A stretch of DNA of 64,000 nucleotides, taken from positions 626,728-690,727 of the forward strand of contig OZ244810.1 of NCBI GenBank assembly GCA_965220155.1. The letters run 5' to 3'. The notes below the pieces were generated by a model. It searched no databases and had not been told where the DNA came from. It worked only from the letters and a program-made list of their open reading frames with translations. Shown piece by piece: positions 20,318 to 28,935 of this stretch; position 1 is the stretch's first letter; every line of letters starts with the position of its first letter. Source of the stretch: Dehalococcoidia bacterium (GTDB lineage: Bacteria; Chloroflexota; Dehalococcoidia; SHYB01). The translations under genes and the position numbers were made by a program.

Positions 20318-20520
20318 GGCACCGCATCCTTTCGGAGAGGCAGTCTCCAGGCAGCTTTTCGGTCCTGACCGCCTTTCGGTCTTGACGGCATTGTAGTCCG
20401 CGGCCCTACTCCCAGCAAGCCAAGGCCAAAAGTTGCGGTGCAGCCTTCAGGAGTGGACTAGAAGTCGTTCAGGAAATGAAAAGGTCCTGGTGCGCTGACA
20501 GGGTCTTTCCGTTGTCATTG

Positions 20521-20700
20521 CTATGAAAATGGGCACCGCCGCACCGTTGTTTCGTAGAGGCGGGTTTCAAACCCGCCTCCGGCCCTGTCCTGGGAAGCCG
20601 CCCTGTTTTCATCCCCTTACGTGGCCTTCACAAGGCCATAGTGATTCTGAGGAGCGTCTTGCATTGTCATTCTGAGGAGCGAAGCGACGAAGAATCTAAA
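20521..20700. repeat. Copy A of a novel repeat of about 170 bp (core about 125 bp at more than 96% identity to 59639..59766 in inverted orientation), containing the perfect 23-nt palindrome GAGGCGGGTTTCAAACCCGCCTC (20557..20579) and a TGGCCTTCACAAGGCCA hairpin
   Basis: ctatgaaaatgggcaccgccgcaccgttgtttcgtagaggcgggtttcaaacccgcctccggccctgtcctgggaagccgccctgttttcatccccttacgtggccttcacaaggccatagtgattctgagg... matches the reverse complement of the 59.7-kb copy with 3-4 mismatches. The flank gattcYgagg...gaRgaatctaa is also shared. Confidence 0.8.
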
Positions 20701-20931
20701 GAGCCTCCTCAACATCTCCGTACCATTCCAGCGACAGGTCTTTCCATTTGGGGTCCATCGACTCGATCAGTGCCACCTTCTTGCTCCGTCGCCAACCCTT
20801 GACCTGCTTCTCCCGCTCGATGGCGGCCACAGCGTCCGATGTCTCCTCACGGTGAACCAGCCAGGTGAGGTTGTACCCACCCTGTTGGTCATGATGTGGA
20901 CGTAGTAGTGGCTATCCGGTCTTGTGGTCAT
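20696..20931 (-). pseudogene. Decayed GIY-YIG nuclease-family gene (internal deletion of about 30 aa plus frameshift)
   Basis: Frame 1 gives MTTRPDSHYYVHIMTNRVGTT..., which is the GIY-YIG N-terminus (YYVYIL...G.LY). A shifted frame gives LVHREETSDAVAAIEREKQVKGWRRSKKVALIESMDPKWKDLSLEWYGDVEEAL*, the conserved C-terminus of small GIY-YIG proteins. The YIGxT...R..EH middle is missing. Confidence 0.5.
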
Positions 20932-21298
20932 GGGCTTTAGATTCCTCGCTGCCTGCATCAGGCAGGCAATCTGGGCGCGGCGCTGGCCGGATCATCGATA
21001 GAACCCCCGATACATACCCCTATCAGCCCGTCAAGGGAGGGGAGGCCGCCGCTAACCCGGCTCCGACCTCGGAAGGCCGGACCCCGCACCCGCTCGGCGC
21101 GGCTGCGGACTCTCAGTGCCGATAAAGAAGAAACCCCGGGTGCGCTGACCCTTTTCTTGACCCAAGTTTAGCCGAGTGCTACTATGCCCCGGCTCTCTTG
21201 TCCACGCATCCCGCCCTCCGGGGCGAATGCCGCGAGCGTCGGCGCCGGCGCTCAACGGACAGGTTACCGCCCCTGTTCATTTCCCTGGGATCAGCCCT

Positions 21299-22246
21299 AT
21301 GCCTCATGCGATAACCTGTGAGGGCCTCACTCGGCGCTTCAAGCGCGTCGTCGCTCTGGATGGGCTCGACCTCCAGGTCGATGAGGGAGCGATCTTCGGA
21401 TTCCTCGGGCCCAATGGCGCTGGAAAGACGACAACGCTGCGTCTGTTGGCCGGCCTCACCAATCCCACTGAGGGACGGGTCTGGATATCGGGCCAGCCGG
21501 TTTCCGCAGGCTCACTCGACCTCCGGTCGTCCATCGGCTACCTTCCGGAAGCGCCGGCGTTCTACGGATGGATGACGGGGCGCGAGTTCCTCAGGTACAC
21601 CGCGGAGCTCTATGGCATGCCGGTCCGTGAGGCGCGTGAACGCGGGGACTCCCTACTGCTCCAAGTTGGCCTCGGCGAGGCGGCCGATCGCCGGATTAGG
21701 GGCTATTCCCGGGGCATGCAGCAGCGGCTGGGTATAGCCCAGGCCATGATGAACCGTCCCCGGGTCTTGCTTTTGGACGAGCCAGCCTCGGCGTTGGACC
21801 CAGTAGGCCGCCGGGACATGCTCGAATTGATAGCGGCTCTAAAGGGTCAGACAACCGTGTTCCTTTCGACGCACATCCTGGGCGACGTCGAGCGAGTCTG
21901 TGACCGGGTGGCCATCATCGACAAAGGCCGTATGGTTGCCCAGGGAAACATCGAAGAACTCAGGGCCCAGCGCCAAGCAAACCGCTTCGTGATCGAGGCT
22001 GAGGAGGACCTTACGCCTGTGGCCGAGGCCCTCGGCGCTGTACCGTGGATCGCTTCCGCAGGCATCGCGCACCGGCAGGGACACCAGGTCCTGGAGGTGG
22101 ATGCGAGAGACCTCGACGAAGCAAAGCGGGCCCTCCCAAGGCTCCTGCTGGAACACGGCGTCACCTTGCTGGGGTATCGGCTGGCGTCGGTGAGCCTGGA
22201 GGACATCTTCGTCGAGCTAGTCGGCGGGGAAGCGATTCAGCCGTGA
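21299..22246 (+). CDS. ABC transporter ATP-binding protein (ABC-2/CcmA-like)
   Basis: MPHAITCEGLTRRFKRVVALDGLDLQVDEGAIFGFLGPNGAGKTTTLRLLAGL...[33 protein letters not shown]... Confidence 0.85.
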   Translation: MPHAITCEGLTRRFKRVVALDGLDLQVDEGAIFGFLGPNGAGKTTTLRLLAGLTNPTEGRVWISGQPVSAGSLDLRSSIGYLPEAPAFYGWMTGREFLRYTAELYGMPVREARERGDSLLLQVGLGEAADRRIRGYSRGMQQRLGIAQAMMNRPRVLLLDEPASALDPVGRRDMLELIAALKGQTTVFLSTHILGDVERVCDRVAIIDKGRMVAQGNIEELRAQRQANRFVIEAEEDLTPVAEALGAVPWIASAGIAHRQGHQVLEVDARDLDEAKRALPRLLLEHGVTLLGYRLASVSLEDIFVELVGGEAIQP

Positions 22247-22977
22247 CCGGCTTTTTTCCTTTGCTGCGAAAGGAGTTGCTCGAGCAGCGACGCACCTGGA
22301 AGTTCCGGACCATGCTCATCGTTTTCGTGCTCATCTCGGTCCTGGTGCCGGTCATCACCCGCATCGTTCTGGCGGCGCTCGGAGATGAGGCCGGGAGGGC
22401 GGAGGCAGAGGGCATGCTCAGGGCCGTCTCCGGAACGTTGTCCGGCGTGGGGATGTTCCTTACGATCATCTTGGGGATGGGCGCAATCGCGAGTGAGCGG
22501 GATAGCGGCACCGCCGCGATGACCTTGAGCAAGCCGGTGACCCGCAGCGCCTTCGTCTCGTCCAAGTCCTTAAGCCTCTCGTTGATCGGGTTCGCCGCTC
22601 TGGCGTCGGCTTCGATCGTCGCTTACCTTCTCGTCCTTGGCTTGTTCGATGCCGTCCCCGTGGGCCGCTACGCCGTCGGCGTGATCGTCGTAGGCGCCTA
22701 TCTCACCTTTGTCGGCATGCTCACTCTGATGTTTAGCGCAGCATTTTCGAACCAACTCGCGGCAGGCGCTACGGCGTTTGCTTCTGTGATCATCATGGGG
22801 GCGCTTAGCAGCATCCCCCACACCGGGCGCTACTTCCCGACATCCGTGCCGGACTACGCCGACAGCATTCACAGCGGGCTGACGAGTGACCGGTGGCCCG
22901 CTCTCGCCATCGCTTGCGGCTGCATCGTGGTGTTTGGCGTCTTATCCTGGCTCATCTTCCGCCGCAAAGAGCTCTAG
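22243..22977 (+). CDS. ABC-2 family transporter permease
   Basis: GTG start overlapping the ATPase stop (GTGA). VTGFFPLLRKELLEQRRTWKFRTMLIVFVLISVLVPV... with 6 predicted TM segments. Confidence 0.75.
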   Translation: MTGFFPLLRKELLEQRRTWKFRTMLIVFVLISVLVPVITRIVLAALGDEAGRAEAEGMLRAVSGTLSGVGMFLTIILGMGAIASERDSGTAAMTLSKPVTRSAFVSSKSLSLSLIGFAALASASIVAYLLVLGLFDAVPVGRYAVGVIVVGAYLTFVGMLTLMFSAAFSNQLAAGATAFASVIIMGALSSIPHTGRYFPTSVPDYADSIHSGLTSDRWPALAIACGCIVVFGVLSWLIFRRKEL

Positions 22978-23064
22978 CCTCGTCCCTGATACGGGGATGG
23001 GAATGCTCATGGCTGCCCGTATGGCGTGGCGGCTCCTCATCCCGCCCTTACCATGTGTCAGGCA

Positions 23065-23096
23065 GGGGCAGGTCTGAGACGGTTGAGACCCGCCCC
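23065..23096. terminator. Possible bidirectional hairpin terminator between convergent genes (GGGGCAGGTCT-loop-AGACCCGCCCC)
   Basis: 11-bp stem with 1 mismatch, between the ABC-2 permease (+, ends 22977) and the crotonase (-, ends 23137). No obvious T-tract. Confidence 0.3.
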
Positions 23097-23136
23097 TACC
23101 CTACAACAGTTCCCGGGGAAGCCGTGGACTGGGCGG

Positions 23137-24033
23137 TTAGGCCGTAACCTTCTCGGCGATCTTCGGCGGGGTCGCCGTCCGCCAATCAGGAACGCCGAAC
23201 TCCGGAGTCCCGGCAGCGCGCTCTCCCTTCGTGACTTCGGCCCAATGCGCGTGGTTGAGCTGATGGATCGTGAAAGAGGCCCCCAGAGCGTTGAAGAAAC
23301 CCTGGTTGTCGACGGTCTGGTTCACGGACTCTTTGATCAGCAGCGACGTTACACTGGGACGCTCCGCGATCCGGCCGGCGAAGGCGAGGGTATCCTGCTC
23401 AAGGGTATCTTGGGGGAAGATCTTGCTTACCATCCCGAGACGGTACGCCTCCTCGGCGTCGATCGAGTCGCCTGTGAGCAAGAGCTCCTTGGCTTTGCGG
23501 GCCCCGAACTCCCACGGGTGGGCGAAGTACTCAAGTCCGCACATCCCGAGCCGTGTGCCAACGACGTCTGCAAAGAGCGCGTTGTCTCCAGCGACGATCA
23601 GATCGCAGCACCACGCCAGCATGAGCCCCGCCGCGTAGCAGGCGCCCTGAACCTGGGCCACGGTGATCTTGCGCAGGTCACGCCACCGCCGGGTGTTGGC
23701 ATAGAAGAAATGCCACTCTTGCAGCATGCGCTGCTCGGCGCCCATCTTGGTCCCGCCATAGCCCTTGAAGCTGTCATGCTGGTTGGGGCCTGGGTTGCGC
23801 TCCTCCATGGACCCCTTCGTCCCCAGGTCGTGGCCCGATGAGAATAGAGGACCCACCCCGCCGAGGATCACGACCCGGACGTCATCGTCGGCTTCGGCAT
23901 GCAGAAATGCCTCGTTCAGGTCGACCAAAAGCCCCCGGCTCTGGGCATTCCTTGTCTCGGGGCGGTTCAACATGATCCGAGCGACCTTACCGTCGTTCAG
24001 GGGCTCGTACGTCACATATTTCCATTCCGGCAT
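23137..24033 (-). CDS. Enoyl-CoA hydratase/isomerase (crotonase) family protein
   Basis: MPEWKYVTYEPLNDGKVARIMLNRPETRNAQSRGLLVDLNEAFLHAEADDDVRVVILGGVGPLFSSGHDLG... Confidence 0.85.
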   Translation of the reverse strand: MPEWKYVTYEPLNDGKVARIMLNRPETRNAQSRGLLVDLNEAFLHAEADDDVRVVILGGVGPLFSSGHDLGTKGSMEERNPGPNQHDSFKGYGGTKMGAEQRMLQEWHFFYANTRRWRDLRKITVAQVQGACYAAGLMLAWCCDLIVAGDNALFADVVGTRLGMCGLEYFAHPWEFGARKAKELLLTGDSIDAEEAYRLGMVSKIFPQDTLEQDTLAFAGRIAERPSVTSLLIKESVNQTVDNQGFFNALGASFTIHQLNHAHWAEVTKGERAAGTPEFGVPDWRTATPPKIAEKVTA

Positions 24034-24114
24034 CGGCTCACCTTCTTTTCCTGGCTACACGCCATACATTGGGTACCCGGAGCGGGCCGCGGCAAGTATA
24101 CCAACTGTATCGGT

Positions 24115-25041
24115 CTAGGTGCCGTGGAAGACAGGAGCGACTGCGCGCGCCAGCTTTTCGTTCTGGGCCAGGGTCTGCTCGGGCGGGCAGCACGGCCGAA
24201 GGACGAACTTCGTCGCCCCTTGGGCCACGTATTCGTTGATCAGCCCAACGATATCTTCCGACGAGCCCAGGCCGCAGTAGGCGGGCGGCGGCAGGTCCTG
24301 CCGGACCCGGAACATGTAGGGTTTGGCCAACTCGGCAGCCTCATCCTGGGAGTCCGCGAAACAGTAGCTGACGATGATACCGTAATGGTCCTCGGGGACC
24401 TGGCGCCCCGCTTCCGCCGCGTATTGCTTGGCCCACTGGATCCCCTGTCCCACCTCCGGCGGCGAGAGGAACGACGTCAACCACCCGTCGCCCATGCGGC
24501 CAACGCGGCGGCAGGCGGCTTCCGTCCGTCCACCGATCCATACCGGAACAGGCTGCTGGTGAGGCTTTGGCGTAACCGTCACCTCGGTGGTGCGGTAGAA
24601 CCGCCCCTCGAACGTCACGCTCTCTTCTTCCCAAAGGCGCCTCATCAGGGTGATGAACTCATCGGTGCGGGGCCCTCGCTGCCTCATCTCAACGCCGCAA
24701 GCCTCGTACTCGTTGGGGGAATCGGTGCCCAGGCCAACGGCAGGCAGCATGCGCCCACCTGACAGGAAATCGACTGTGGCGATCTCTTTCGCCAGGACGG
24801 CTGGATTCCGAAGGGGGAGCGACAAGACGCTGTTCCCAAATTTCATCTTCTTCGTCCGCGCGGCGACGGCGGACATGAAGGTCATGGACTCCATGCTTAT
24901 GGCGGACGAGACGATCCTGTCAGCCAGCCAGATGGAATCGAGCCCAAGGTCTTCGGAGGCATCGATGTATTCCCATAGATAGGCCGGGTCCATGGTGGGG
25001 AAGGGCCAGCCACTGAGCCCGGCCCCGATGCGCACTTTCAT
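24115..25041 (-). CDS. LLM-class (luciferase-like) flavin/F420-dependent oxidoreductase
   Basis: MKVRIGAGLSGWPFPTMDPAYLWEYIDASEDLGLDSIWLADRIVSSAISMESMTFMSAVAARTKKMKFGNSVLSLPLRNPAVLAKEIATVDFLSGGRMLPAVGLG.... Start at the internal ATG of ORF 24115..25218. Confidence 0.8.
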   Translation of the reverse strand: MKVRIGAGLSGWPFPTMDPAYLWEYIDASEDLGLDSIWLADRIVSSAISMESMTFMSAVAARTKKMKFGNSVLSLPLRNPAVLAKEIATVDFLSGGRMLPAVGLGTDSPNEYEACGVEMRQRGPRTDEFITLMRRLWEEESVTFEGRFYRTTEVTVTPKPHQQPVPVWIGGRTEAACRRVGRMGDGWLTSFLSPPEVGQGIQWAKQYAAEAGRQVPEDHYGIIVSYCFADSQDEAAELAKPYMFRVRQDLPPPAYCGLGSSEDIVGLINEYVAQGATKFVLRPCCPPEQTLAQNEKLARAVAPVFHGT

Positions 25042-25318
25042 GCTCCCCTCCTCTGTCCCGAATCTGCCGGCATTATAGACGAAGACCCGCTGCCGACCGG
25101 GCTCGCCATGAAGCACACGACAGGGGTTGCCTGGACCCAGACCAGGATCGAGGCCAGAAGGCCCTCGGGAAGACCCCATGAAACGGTTCCCGCGGTCCGA
25201 GTGCGAACAATCCTCCACTTATTAGGGGCCGGCCTGGAGCGCAGAGAGCGGCTTTGTACCGCGCCAGAGCCCGGACTACCGGGAGAGCAGCATCCACCGC
25301 GCGCGCCACCCCGAGCTG

Positions 25319-26227
25319 TCAGCCCGTGCCAACCCAGACTGAGACCTCAACGGTAGAAGGGGGCCGGCCCCCTCCAGAGACCGTCCCTTTCACCTTCCAG
25401 CTGACAGAGGAATACTGCGTCGAAAGAGTCGGGCAGCAGGGGTTGGGGACCGGCAACTCAAACGGGAACTCCTGGGACACCCCAGCATCGAACAGCACGC
25501 GCCTGGAGAGTGCTGCTTCTGAGACCGTCTCGACGGCGGGTTCCATTCCAGCCAGCTCTTCACGGACCAGGCCCACAGCCACGCTGGAAGGGCCGAAATC
25601 CCGGGCAGGCTTGATACGGAGGGTCCCCCTTAGCACATCAGCCGGACTCGCCGCACCGGCCCGGAGGAACAAGCTCATGGCGCAGTCGGGAAAGTTCTCG
25701 ACGCTATGGGCGCTGGACGCACCACCGTACCTTCTGGCCGGCCGATGCGTCACGACGTTCAAACCCCGCTCAAGCTTGAGGGCCCGCCGGCCGAGCACGT
25801 TGAGAGTGGCGGTCAGTTTCCAGTCGATCCTGACCACTTTGCCCGGCGCTGAAGGGGGTCCCCGGGACGGTATCTCGACCGCGACGTCCTCAATGTAGAG
25901 CCCTTCTCTAACCCCCCGCGCATCCCGAAGAAAGCGGTGCTCCGCGTGGAACGGGACGGCTGTCACCGGCTGTTTTCGCTTTCTCGAGGTCTTGTGGATC
26001 ATCTGCGCCTGTTGCACGCTCGGGTCATAGCTGCCCACGTAGGCGTCGGTCTCCAGCACCTCCCAATAGCTCTCCTGACACCAGACCTCGATGCAGCCAT
26101 CCCGTACATGGATATCCTTCAGCGGCCTGATGGAGACCCTGGTCTTGAACGTCTCGCCAACTTCCACTTGCCTGCCATTGAGGTCGACCTCGATGATCGC
26201 CGGGGCGCGGGACAGTCGTGAAAACAT
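25319..26227 (-). CDS. Hypothetical 302-aa protein (no confident family; possible arrestin/Spo0M-like beta-sandwich)
   Basis: MFSRLSRAPAIIEVDLNGRQVEVGETFKTRVSIRPLKDIHVRDGCIEVWCQESYWEVL...RRYGG.... The ORF sits inside the catabolic cluster with the same orientation as neighbours. Confidence 0.5.
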   Translation of the reverse strand: MFSRLSRAPAIIEVDLNGRQVEVGETFKTRVSIRPLKDIHVRDGCIEVWCQESYWEVLETDAYVGSYDPSVQQAQMIHKTSRKRKQPVTAVPFHAEHRFLRDARGVREGLYIEDVAVEIPSRGPPSAPGKVVRIDWKLTATLNVLGRRALKLERGLNVVTHRPARRYGGASSAHSVENFPDCAMSLFLRAGAASPADVLRGTLRIKPARDFGPSSVAVGLVREELAGMEPAVETVSEAALSRRVLFDAGVSQEFPFELPVPNPCCPTLSTQYSSVSWKVKGTVSGGGRPPSTVEVSVWVGTG

Positions 26228-26245
26228 CGTGCTCGGTCAGCCTCG

Positions 26246-26285
26246 GTTAGTCCGTGCAAACGTTAGCAGTTCGTGCAAACGTTAG
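26246..26285. repeat. Tandem direct repeats (CGTGCAAACGTTAG twice, 19-bp period; GTTAG three times) 20-60 bp upstream of the 25319..26227 gene start
   Basis: gttagtcCGTGCAAACGTTAGcagttCGTGCAAACGTTAGtgag. Confidence 0.45.
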
Positions 26286-26385
26286 TGAGCGCGGCGTCTC
26301 CGAACTGAGTCCCGGCGCGAGGAGGACCGGCCTCGTCGGCATCGGCGATGTCCCTCGTTTGGCCGGATCTCCCCTGGGTTTTCCA

Positions 26386-27717
26386 TCAGGCGATATGCGG
26401 AGCAAAGTCCATCCCCACATGGCCCTCGGACTCCAGCGCCGCGTAGCCCTCCGCGTCGACACCCAGGAGCCCCTGATAGACGTACTCGTTGTGTTCTCCC
26501 AGAGCGACAGGCGGCAGGCGGAATTCCACCGGCGTCTCGGAGAGTTGCCACACGGGGCCCGGGTACCAGTGCGTCCCGGAGTCCGCCTGGGTCATGAGCC
26601 GGAAGAACCCTCTTGCCCACAGGTGCGGGTCCCCCCACAGGTCGCCATCGTTCATGACCGCGCCGGCGGGCACCCCCACCGCCTGTAGGAGGTGCATGAT
26701 TTCTTCCGGCGCGTGCCGGCGCGTCCATTCGGTAATCTTGGGATCGATCTCGTCCTGACGCTTCCATCTCCCGATAGCTATGTCCAACGCAGGGTCCCTG
26801 GACCACTCTGGGGCACCCATCGCTTGCCGCAGCGCCCCCCACTGGCCATCCGTGGCGACGCTGATCGCCACCCACCGGTCGTCGCCCAGGCATGGATAGG
26901 CGCCGTGAGGAGCCATCGAGGGGTGCCGGTTGCCGATGGGCCCACGGACACGTCCATTCATGGTGAAGTCCATGACGGCCGAGGCGATCTGGGGTATCAA
27001 GTTTTCGACCTGGGACATGTCCACCCATTGCCCCCTGCCGGTGCGATCTCGATTGTGTATGGCGGCCACGCAGGCAAACACCATGGCCGCCCCGGCGGCG
27101 GCATCCGAATGCGTCGTCGAAGGAGCGTCGGCAAGATCGCGGTCCGGATAGGAGCGAAGCCAGCCGAATCCGCTAATATCCTCGAACTGACTTCCGAATC
27201 CGCGCTGCTCGGTATAAGGCCCGGACCCTCCCATCCCAGCCGAGCTGACCATGACCAGGTCGGGCTTGACTTTGACCAGATCTTCATACCCCACGCCGAG
27301 TTTGTGCATGATCCCAGGAGTCCCATTTTCGATGACCGCGTCCGAAGCCGAGACCAGCCGCTTGAAGAGCTCGACCCCATCCGGCAGGGTGAGGTCGACG
27401 GTCATCCCAAGCTTGTTGCGGGCATGGGAGTTGAACAAGCCGTTGCGGTTCCAAGGCCGATCGCCCGGCTCTTTATCGACGTAGCTGCCGCCCGTCGTCC
27501 CCATTCCCCGGATGACTTCCCGGCTGGGGCGCGGGATATAGCCCCGCGTGTTCCACTGCCAGTGCTGGGTCGATTCAATGAGGATGACTTCGGCGCCCAG
27601 GTCCGCCAGCATCATGGCAGCATAGGGTCCAGCCCAGGTGTAGGTGTTGCCCAGCACGCGGAGCCCATCGAGAGGAAGGCCGCGGGTGTCGCGGGGTCTT
27701 TCTGTAGGCCGGTTCAA
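26386..27717 (-). CDS. CaiB/BaiF family III CoA-transferase
   Basis: ...LPLDGLRVLGNTYTWAGPYAAMMLADLGAEVILIESTQHWQWNTRGYIP.... TTG start overlapping the stop of the upstream paralog (TTGA). The long N-terminal extension in the track ORF is discounted. Confidence 0.75.
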   Translation of the reverse strand: MNRPTERPRDTRGLPLDGLRVLGNTYTWAGPYAAMMLADLGAEVILIESTQHWQWNTRGYIPRPSREVIRGMGTTGGSYVDKEPGDRPWNRNGLFNSHARNKLGMTVDLTLPDGVELFKRLVSASDAVIENGTPGIMHKLGVGYEDLVKVKPDLVMVSSAGMGGSGPYTEQRGFGSQFEDISGFGWLRSYPDRDLADAPSTTHSDAAAGAAMVFACVAAIHNRDRTGRGQWVDMSQVENLIPQIASAVMDFTMNGRVRGPIGNRHPSMAPHGAYPCLGDDRWVAISVATDGQWGALRQAMGAPEWSRDPALDIAIGRWKRQDEIDPKITEWTRRHAPEEIMHLLQAVGVPAGAVMNDGDLWGDPHLWARGFFRLMTQADSGTHWYPGPVWQLSETPVEFRLPPVALGEHNEYVYQGLLGVDAEGYAALESEGHVGMDFAPHIA

Positions 27718-28928
27718 ACGATCCCCGCCTGGCGAAGCGCAACAACCTCTGCGGCGGAGAACCCCAAACGGCCCCGAAGGACCTGGGAGGTGTGCTGCCC
27801 CAACATCGGCGCGGGCCGCCAGTCCCCGGAGGGAGTCTCCATCATCTTGAACGGGGGCCCCGGATACTTCACTGGTCCGGTGGCGGAATGGCAAACTTCC
27901 TGAAAGTAACCCCGGGAGACGAAATGCGGGTCCTCCGTTACGTCCTGAATAGTGAAGAGGGCACCCGAAAGTATCCGCGCTCCGCGGGCTGCCTCTAGAA
28001 ACTCACGCCGCGTCTTGTCCACGACCCAGGAGTAGAAGTGGACCATGAAGTCCTCTCGCGCTTCCGAATCGAACTGGCCCTGCCGACTGTTGAATCTGGG
28101 CTCTTCGGCCAGCTCCGGCATGCCGATCATCGCCGCCGAGTTGGGGAAGTACTGAAGGCCTCCCCAGAGATGCACGAACCCATCCGCGCAGGGGAACAGC
28201 CCGCAGGGATAGCCGGTGCTACGGGACGCCGGCTCGGTCTTCGCCATCGACTCACCGTTGTACTGATAGCTCGTCAGGCCGGTCAGCCGGCGGTCCACGT
28301 CCGCGGCCTGCGTCTCATGGATCGAGCAGTCGACGTGCTGGCCAATGCCGTGGCGGCGGCTGCCATGGAACGCCATCATGGTGACGGCAGCCGCGGAGTA
28401 CCCGGCTTGGAACTGGGTCGTCTCTCCCGGGAGGCGGAGGGGATAGTCACCCAGGTTGCCGGTACAGTGCATCGGCCCTCCCATGGCATTCAGGACCATG
28501 TCGGAGGCCAGGAAATCGCGGTATGGGCCGGTCTGACCAAAGTTGGAGATCGAGGTCATGATGAGGGAGGGGTTGATGTTTCTCAGGGTGCCATAGTCCA
28601 GCCCCAGCCGCTCCATGACGCCCGGGCGGAAGCTTTCCACGAGGATATCGGCGTCCGCCACCAGCTCTTTGAGGAGTCGCTTCCCAGGGGCGGTCTTGAG
28701 GTCGAGAACGATGCCGCGCTTGTTGGTGTTCAGATGCAGGAAGAGACCGCTCGTGTCCAGCGCCGGTCTGTCGTGCCGAAACGGCGCCATGTTGCGCGCA
28801 GGATCACCCCAGGGAGGCTCCACCTTCACGACGTCGGCGCCGTAATCAGCCAGGAACTTGGTGCAGGCAGGCCCGGCAACGCGGTGCGTGAGGTCCAGCA
28901 CCGACACGTCTGAAAGGGCCTGGTCCAT
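27714..28928 (-). CDS. CaiB/BaiF family III CoA-transferase (paralog)
   Basis: MDQALSDVSVLDLTHRVAGPACTKFLADYGADVVKVEPPWGDPARNMAPF... Confidence 0.85.
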   Translation of the reverse strand: MDQALSDVSVLDLTHRVAGPACTKFLADYGADVVKVEPPWGDPARNMAPFRHDRPALDTSGLFLHLNTNKRGIVLDLKTAPGKRLLKELVADADILVESFRPGVMERLGLDYGTLRNINPSLIMTSISNFGQTGPYRDFLASDMVLNAMGGPMHCTGNLGDYPLRLPGETTQFQAGYSAAAVTMMAFHGSRRHGIGQHVDCSIHETQAADVDRRLTGLTSYQYNGESMAKTEPASRSTGYPCGLFPCADGFVHLWGGLQYFPNSAAMIGMPELAEEPRFNSRQGQFDSEAREDFMVHFYSWVVDKTRREFLEAARGARILSGALFTIQDVTEDPHFVSRGYFQEVCHSATGPVKYPGPPFKMMETPSGDWRPAPMLGQHTSQVLRGRLGFSAAEVVALRQAGIV

Positions 28929-28935
28929 CAGGGGG

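Noticed and set aside
20521-20690. Small protein MKMGTAAPLFRRGGFQTRLRPCPG... encoded within the novel repeat (track ORF 59549..59764 in copy B)
   Set aside because: Conservation between copies is at the nucleotide level and the ORF C-termini differ (56 vs 71 aa). The palindrome-rich sequence is more consistent with a non-coding element, though a coding role cannot be excluded.
26246-26285. CRISPR array or iterons suggested by short tandem repeats here and at 51445..51552
   Set aside because: There are only two copies each with no regular spacer structure and no cas genes. They are treated as regulatory direct repeats instead.
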